The notes under the pieces: generated by a model | What the model saw: the letters and a program-made list of their open reading frames with translations, nothing else | Told to the model about the DNA's origin: nothing | The model's database searches: none | Made by a program: the position numbers and the translations under genes | Origin: Candidatus Woesearchaeota archaeon | GTDB lineage: Archaea; Nanobdellota; Nanobdellia; Woesearchaeales; JAZDKJ01 | Assembly (NCBI GenBank): GCA_043803105.1 | Contig: JAZDKJ010000006.1 | Location: 288,001-352,000 of the forward strand | DNA length: 64,000 nt | Direction of reading: 5' to 3' | Shown here: piece by piece, positions 61,350 through 64,000 of the stretch | Position numbering within the stretch: position 1 is the first letter of the stretch | Layout of the letters: every line of letters begins with the position of its first letter

Positions 61350-62042
61350 TCAGTACCTGAACACCCATAAGAGCAGGATTCCAAATTCAAACAAAAGTAT
61401 CATCGGTATCATGACAAGGATCTGTGTCACAATGTCGACCCCTGGAGTGATTATTGCTGCAAGTATGGTAATCGCTACGTAGATATATTTTCTCTGCGAG
61501 CTAAACCATTTTGAATTGGCTAGGTTGAGTTTCACAAAAGTCAGCATTATTAGCGGTATCTCAAATATGAGTGCTGTGCTGTAGATGGTAATGAAAAGGA
61601 AGTTTACCAGCGCGTTAAGGCTCCAGATATTTGCTATTCCTGCCGAAGGTGCAAACGGTGTGATATATTTCATTGTCAGGGGCATGAACAGGAAGTATGC
61701 AAAGGCAAGCCCTGCAAAGTAAAGCACGATAAAGACCGGGATTATGCTGCGCAAAATTTTGTTTTTTTGGATTGCAGGCTTGACAAATTGCATCAGCTCA
61801 TAGACCATTAACGGTGTCGCCACAATGATGCCCAAGTACAGACCTATCTTCAATTGCACAATAAAATACTCTATAGGTGTGAGTACTATCAAGCTGGCTC
61901 CTGCACCCACAAATTTTCTTCTAAGCTCTGCAAGAATTGGTTGTGTCAGCAAAACTCCGGCAATAAAACAAGCTCCCAGAAAAACAATTACAACAATTAT
62001 TCGTGTCCGAAGCTCTTCAAGGTGCTCTATCAGGGGCTTCAA
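61350..62042 (-). CDS. tatC: Tat translocase TatC
   Basis: PLIEHLEELRTR, FEIP, AAIITP.D, PM..LFE. Confidence 0.93.
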   Translation of the reverse strand: MKPLIEHLEELRTRIIVVIVFLGACFIAGVLLTQPILAELRRKFVGAGASLIVLTPIEYFIVQLKIGLYLGIIVATPLMVYELMQFVKPAIQKNKILRSIIPVFIVLYFAGLAFAYFLFMPLTMKYITPFAPSAGIANIWSLNALVNFLFITIYSTALIFEIPLIMLTFVKLNLANSKWFSSQRKYIYVAITILAAIITPGVDIVTQILVMIPMILLFEFGILLLWVFRY

Positions 62043-62052
62043 TAATGCCCAC

Positions 62053-62226
62053 CTACCCTTTCAGCTCCTTGGAACTCTTTTTTGGTTTATCCTCAGAATT
62101 GACTGTCTTGCGGTACTCTTTCACAGACTGTCCTATTGCCCTCGCAAGCTCCGGAAGCCTTTTGGGTCCAAATAGGATGAGCACCACGATAAGAATCAGC
62201 AGCACCTCAGTCATCCCAACGGCCAT
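62053..62226 (-). CDS. tatA: Tat translocase TatA (57 aa, below ORF-track cutoff)
   Basis: GMTEVLLILIVVLILFGPKRLPELARAIGQSVKEYRK. Confidence 0.93.
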   Translation of the reverse strand: MAVGMTEVLLILIVVLILFGPKRLPELARAIGQSVKEYRKTVNSEDKPKKSSKELKG

Positions 62227-62345
62227 CAAATCACCCTATCAACAAGACATACAGTTGGGATATAAATGTTTCGATTAGTCTGGCTCTGTGTAAATAGTGG
62301 TTTATGTGTAAAAAGTATTAAATACGACTTAACAACAGGGGTATT

Positions 62346-62729
62346 ATGAATGAAAACAAAATAGTAATTGTAATAAATAAGTCTATTAAAGAGGTATTTG
62401 AATTTACCACTAATCCAAAAAATACACATCTATGGATTCCTCAAATTAAAGAAGAGTTATCAGATAAGTATCCTCCAGAAATTCATACAATTTATAAGAA
62501 TCGTGGGAGTTCAGGAAAGTGGAATTATTATACAGTTATAGAATTTGACAAAGATAAAATTTTTACATTAAAATCCTCAGATTATAATTATTTTGTGCGA
62601 TACACATATGAAAAATTAAGCGAAACAAAGACTGAAATGGAGTATTTTGAGTGGGTTAAGGAAGGAAAAATAAAAAACCCATTTACGCAGGAAATTTTGC
62701 AAGGTTTAAAAGAAATTATGGAAAAATAA
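62346..62729 (+). CDS. SRPBCC-like protein, AT-rich
   Basis: IVINKSIKEVFEFTTNPKNTHLWIP...LQGLKEIME. Confidence 0.7.
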   Translation: MNENKIVIVINKSIKEVFEFTTNPKNTHLWIPQIKEELSDKYPPEIHTIYKNRGSSGKWNYYTVIEFDKDKIFTLKSSDYNYFVRYTYEKLSETKTEMEYFEWVKEGKIKNPFTQEILQGLKEIMEK

Positions 62730-62779
62730 AATTCTGTGTAAAAAGTAACCTCAGATTAGGACTATATACGCAAAGCAGA

Positions 62780-63328
62780 TTAGTCTGTGCCTAACGCTAT
62801 ATACAAAGCCTTGACATTTGGCGACCTGCGCCCAATGTAATTTTTTGCTATCTCAGCCAAAAGGTATATGTCAGGATAAAACCAGAGCCCATTCGTGGGT
62901 AGCAAGCCCTTCTTGTGCGCTCCCGTCAGTCTATCTGTGAATATGTAATGAAAGAATTGAAGCCCGTCAAATGCTGGCACAAATCTTGTCTCAGCACCCA
63001 TAAACATTGCCTTTTCAGAATCAACTATCCGGTCGTCCAATCCAATTTGGAAATTTGTCTGGATTTCGCTGGTTATGTAACAGCCTTCTTTAATTGTGTC
63101 GCGTCCAAGATGATTTGTGGATGCAACGATTTGGTCACCGTCACCCCTCAAATATGTTTCTGTCCTTATCCATGCCATGTCTTTAGGTTTGAGCGTGCCG
63201 AAAAGTTCCAAGTAATATGGCACTTCACTCCTGATTGGACTGGAAAAATCAAGCAACCGTGCAAGGCTATCCACAGTCTGGTGAAATCCTTTGGTGTCGC
63301 GAAGAAAATCTTTGGGCTCCATAGACAT
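62780..63328 (-). CDS. Hypothetical protein
   Basis: 182-aa ORF. Confidence 0.55.
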   Translation of the reverse strand: MSMEPKDFLRDTKGFHQTVDSLARLLDFSSPIRSEVPYYLELFGTLKPKDMAWIRTETYLRGDGDQIVASTNHLGRDTIKEGCYITSEIQTNFQIGLDDRIVDSEKAMFMGAETRFVPAFDGLQFFHYIFTDRLTGAHKKGLLPTNGLWFYPDIYLLAEIAKNYIGRRSPNVKALYIALGTD

Positions 63329-63355
63329 GCTGGTTCTGCAGCCCTTTTTAAAGCT

Positions 63356-63529
63356 TTATAGAAGGCCCTTCTCTTCCAGTTCTTTCTTCTTAACCTTTCT
63401 CCTGTATGCTGCGTATTTGTCGTCAGGAGAAAACCTTGCTGGTCTTGGAGAGACTGCCTTTCCTCCGCAGCTGCATTTCTCCTTCAATGTGTATTTGCCG
63501 CACTTCTGGCACTTTAGAATATGGAGCAT
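63356..63529 (-). CDS. nop10: H/ACA RNP protein Nop10
   Basis: KCQKCGKYTLKEKCSCG...PARFSPDDKYAAYR. Confidence 0.93.
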   Translation of the reverse strand: MLHILKCQKCGKYTLKEKCSCGGKAVSPRPARFSPDDKYAAYRRKVKKKELEEKGLL

Positions 63530-63530
63530 C

Positions 63531-64000
63531 TTATTGTTCTTGCCTGATAAATGATCCTTCGCTCTTGTTGGCCTGCATGTACTCAATTGCCTTTTCGCTT
63601 GATTCCTTGAGCAGCTCTTCAGCATCTGGATAATCTTCTGCCGTGACGCTCAGATGATATTTTCCACCGCCTAGGTATATGATCTTGATGTTCTCGTTGA
63701 TTAATGACTTCCTTATTGCATCCCTGACTATCTCTACTCCATTTGGTTCATAACTCATCAATACCAAGTCTCCGTGAATCGTGACCTCGCTTGGCTTAAT
63801 CCTGTCAACTATCTCTTTTGTTAGCACTTCTGCAACTTTTTTTTCTATTCCCAGGTTCTCGAGCGATTCGCTTCCTTCAGCAACTGCTTGGAAAGCATAA
63901 TGTAGCATAGGATACTTCTTTGCAGTCTTCTGGAACACTTCCTTGTAGAGTTCAGATAATTCTTTGTTCACCTCTTTGGCCAGGTACTCTAATATTTTTT
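63531..64000 (-). CDS. Translation initiation factor 2 alpha, C-terminal part
   Basis: SYEPNGVEIVR...YLGGGKY...AEDY..AE; directly upstream of nop10. Confidence 0.85.
   Translation of the reverse strand, partial: KILEYLAKEVNKELSELYKEVFQKTAKKYPMLHYAFQAVAEGSESLENLGIEKKVAEVLTKEIVDRIKPSEVTIHGDLVLMSYEPNGVEIVRDAIRKSLINENIKIIYLGGGKYHLSVTAEDYPDAEELLKESSEKAIEYMQANKSEGSFIRQEQ

Overview
Chromosomal segment of a DPANN archaeon, most likely Woesearchaeales/Nanoarchaeota (inferred from gene content). It carries archaeal histone, exosome-proteasome operon, Rpo6, Bud32, CCA enzyme, eIF2alpha/Nop10/PAC2, TATA-box promoters, tRNAs with non-canonical BHB introns, and bacterial-type GyrB (with a mini-intein) and RlmD. 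The most striking signal is two copies (11.2-11.5 kb and 16.07-16.32 kb) of an RNA-only module. Each has a tRNA gene with a serine-like body (long variable arm, G73) but a Phe anticodon (GAA). Each is paired with a divergently transcribed ~45-55 nt RNA that has its own TATA box and U-tract and is complementary to the D-loop and variable arm of its own tRNA. This resembles a mistranslating-tRNA toxin / antisense-RNA antitoxin pair. Both modules sit at tRNA-anchored accretion sites; the first closes an array of gene cassettes (2 Fic, 2 RelE-type TA, ART-like toxin, gene fragments) separated by six ~38-bp repeats ending in the tRNA-Leu 3' sequence. Other notable items: a motif at identical distance upstream of the TATA boxes of three DNA-repair genes, a PolB2-VRR-NUC fusion, a Tat-signal AmmeMemoRadiSam island with tatAC splitting the nop10-PAC2 operon, an SLT lytic transglycosylase, and a degenerate LAGLIDADG protein. 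All calls are by manual reading; no searches were run.
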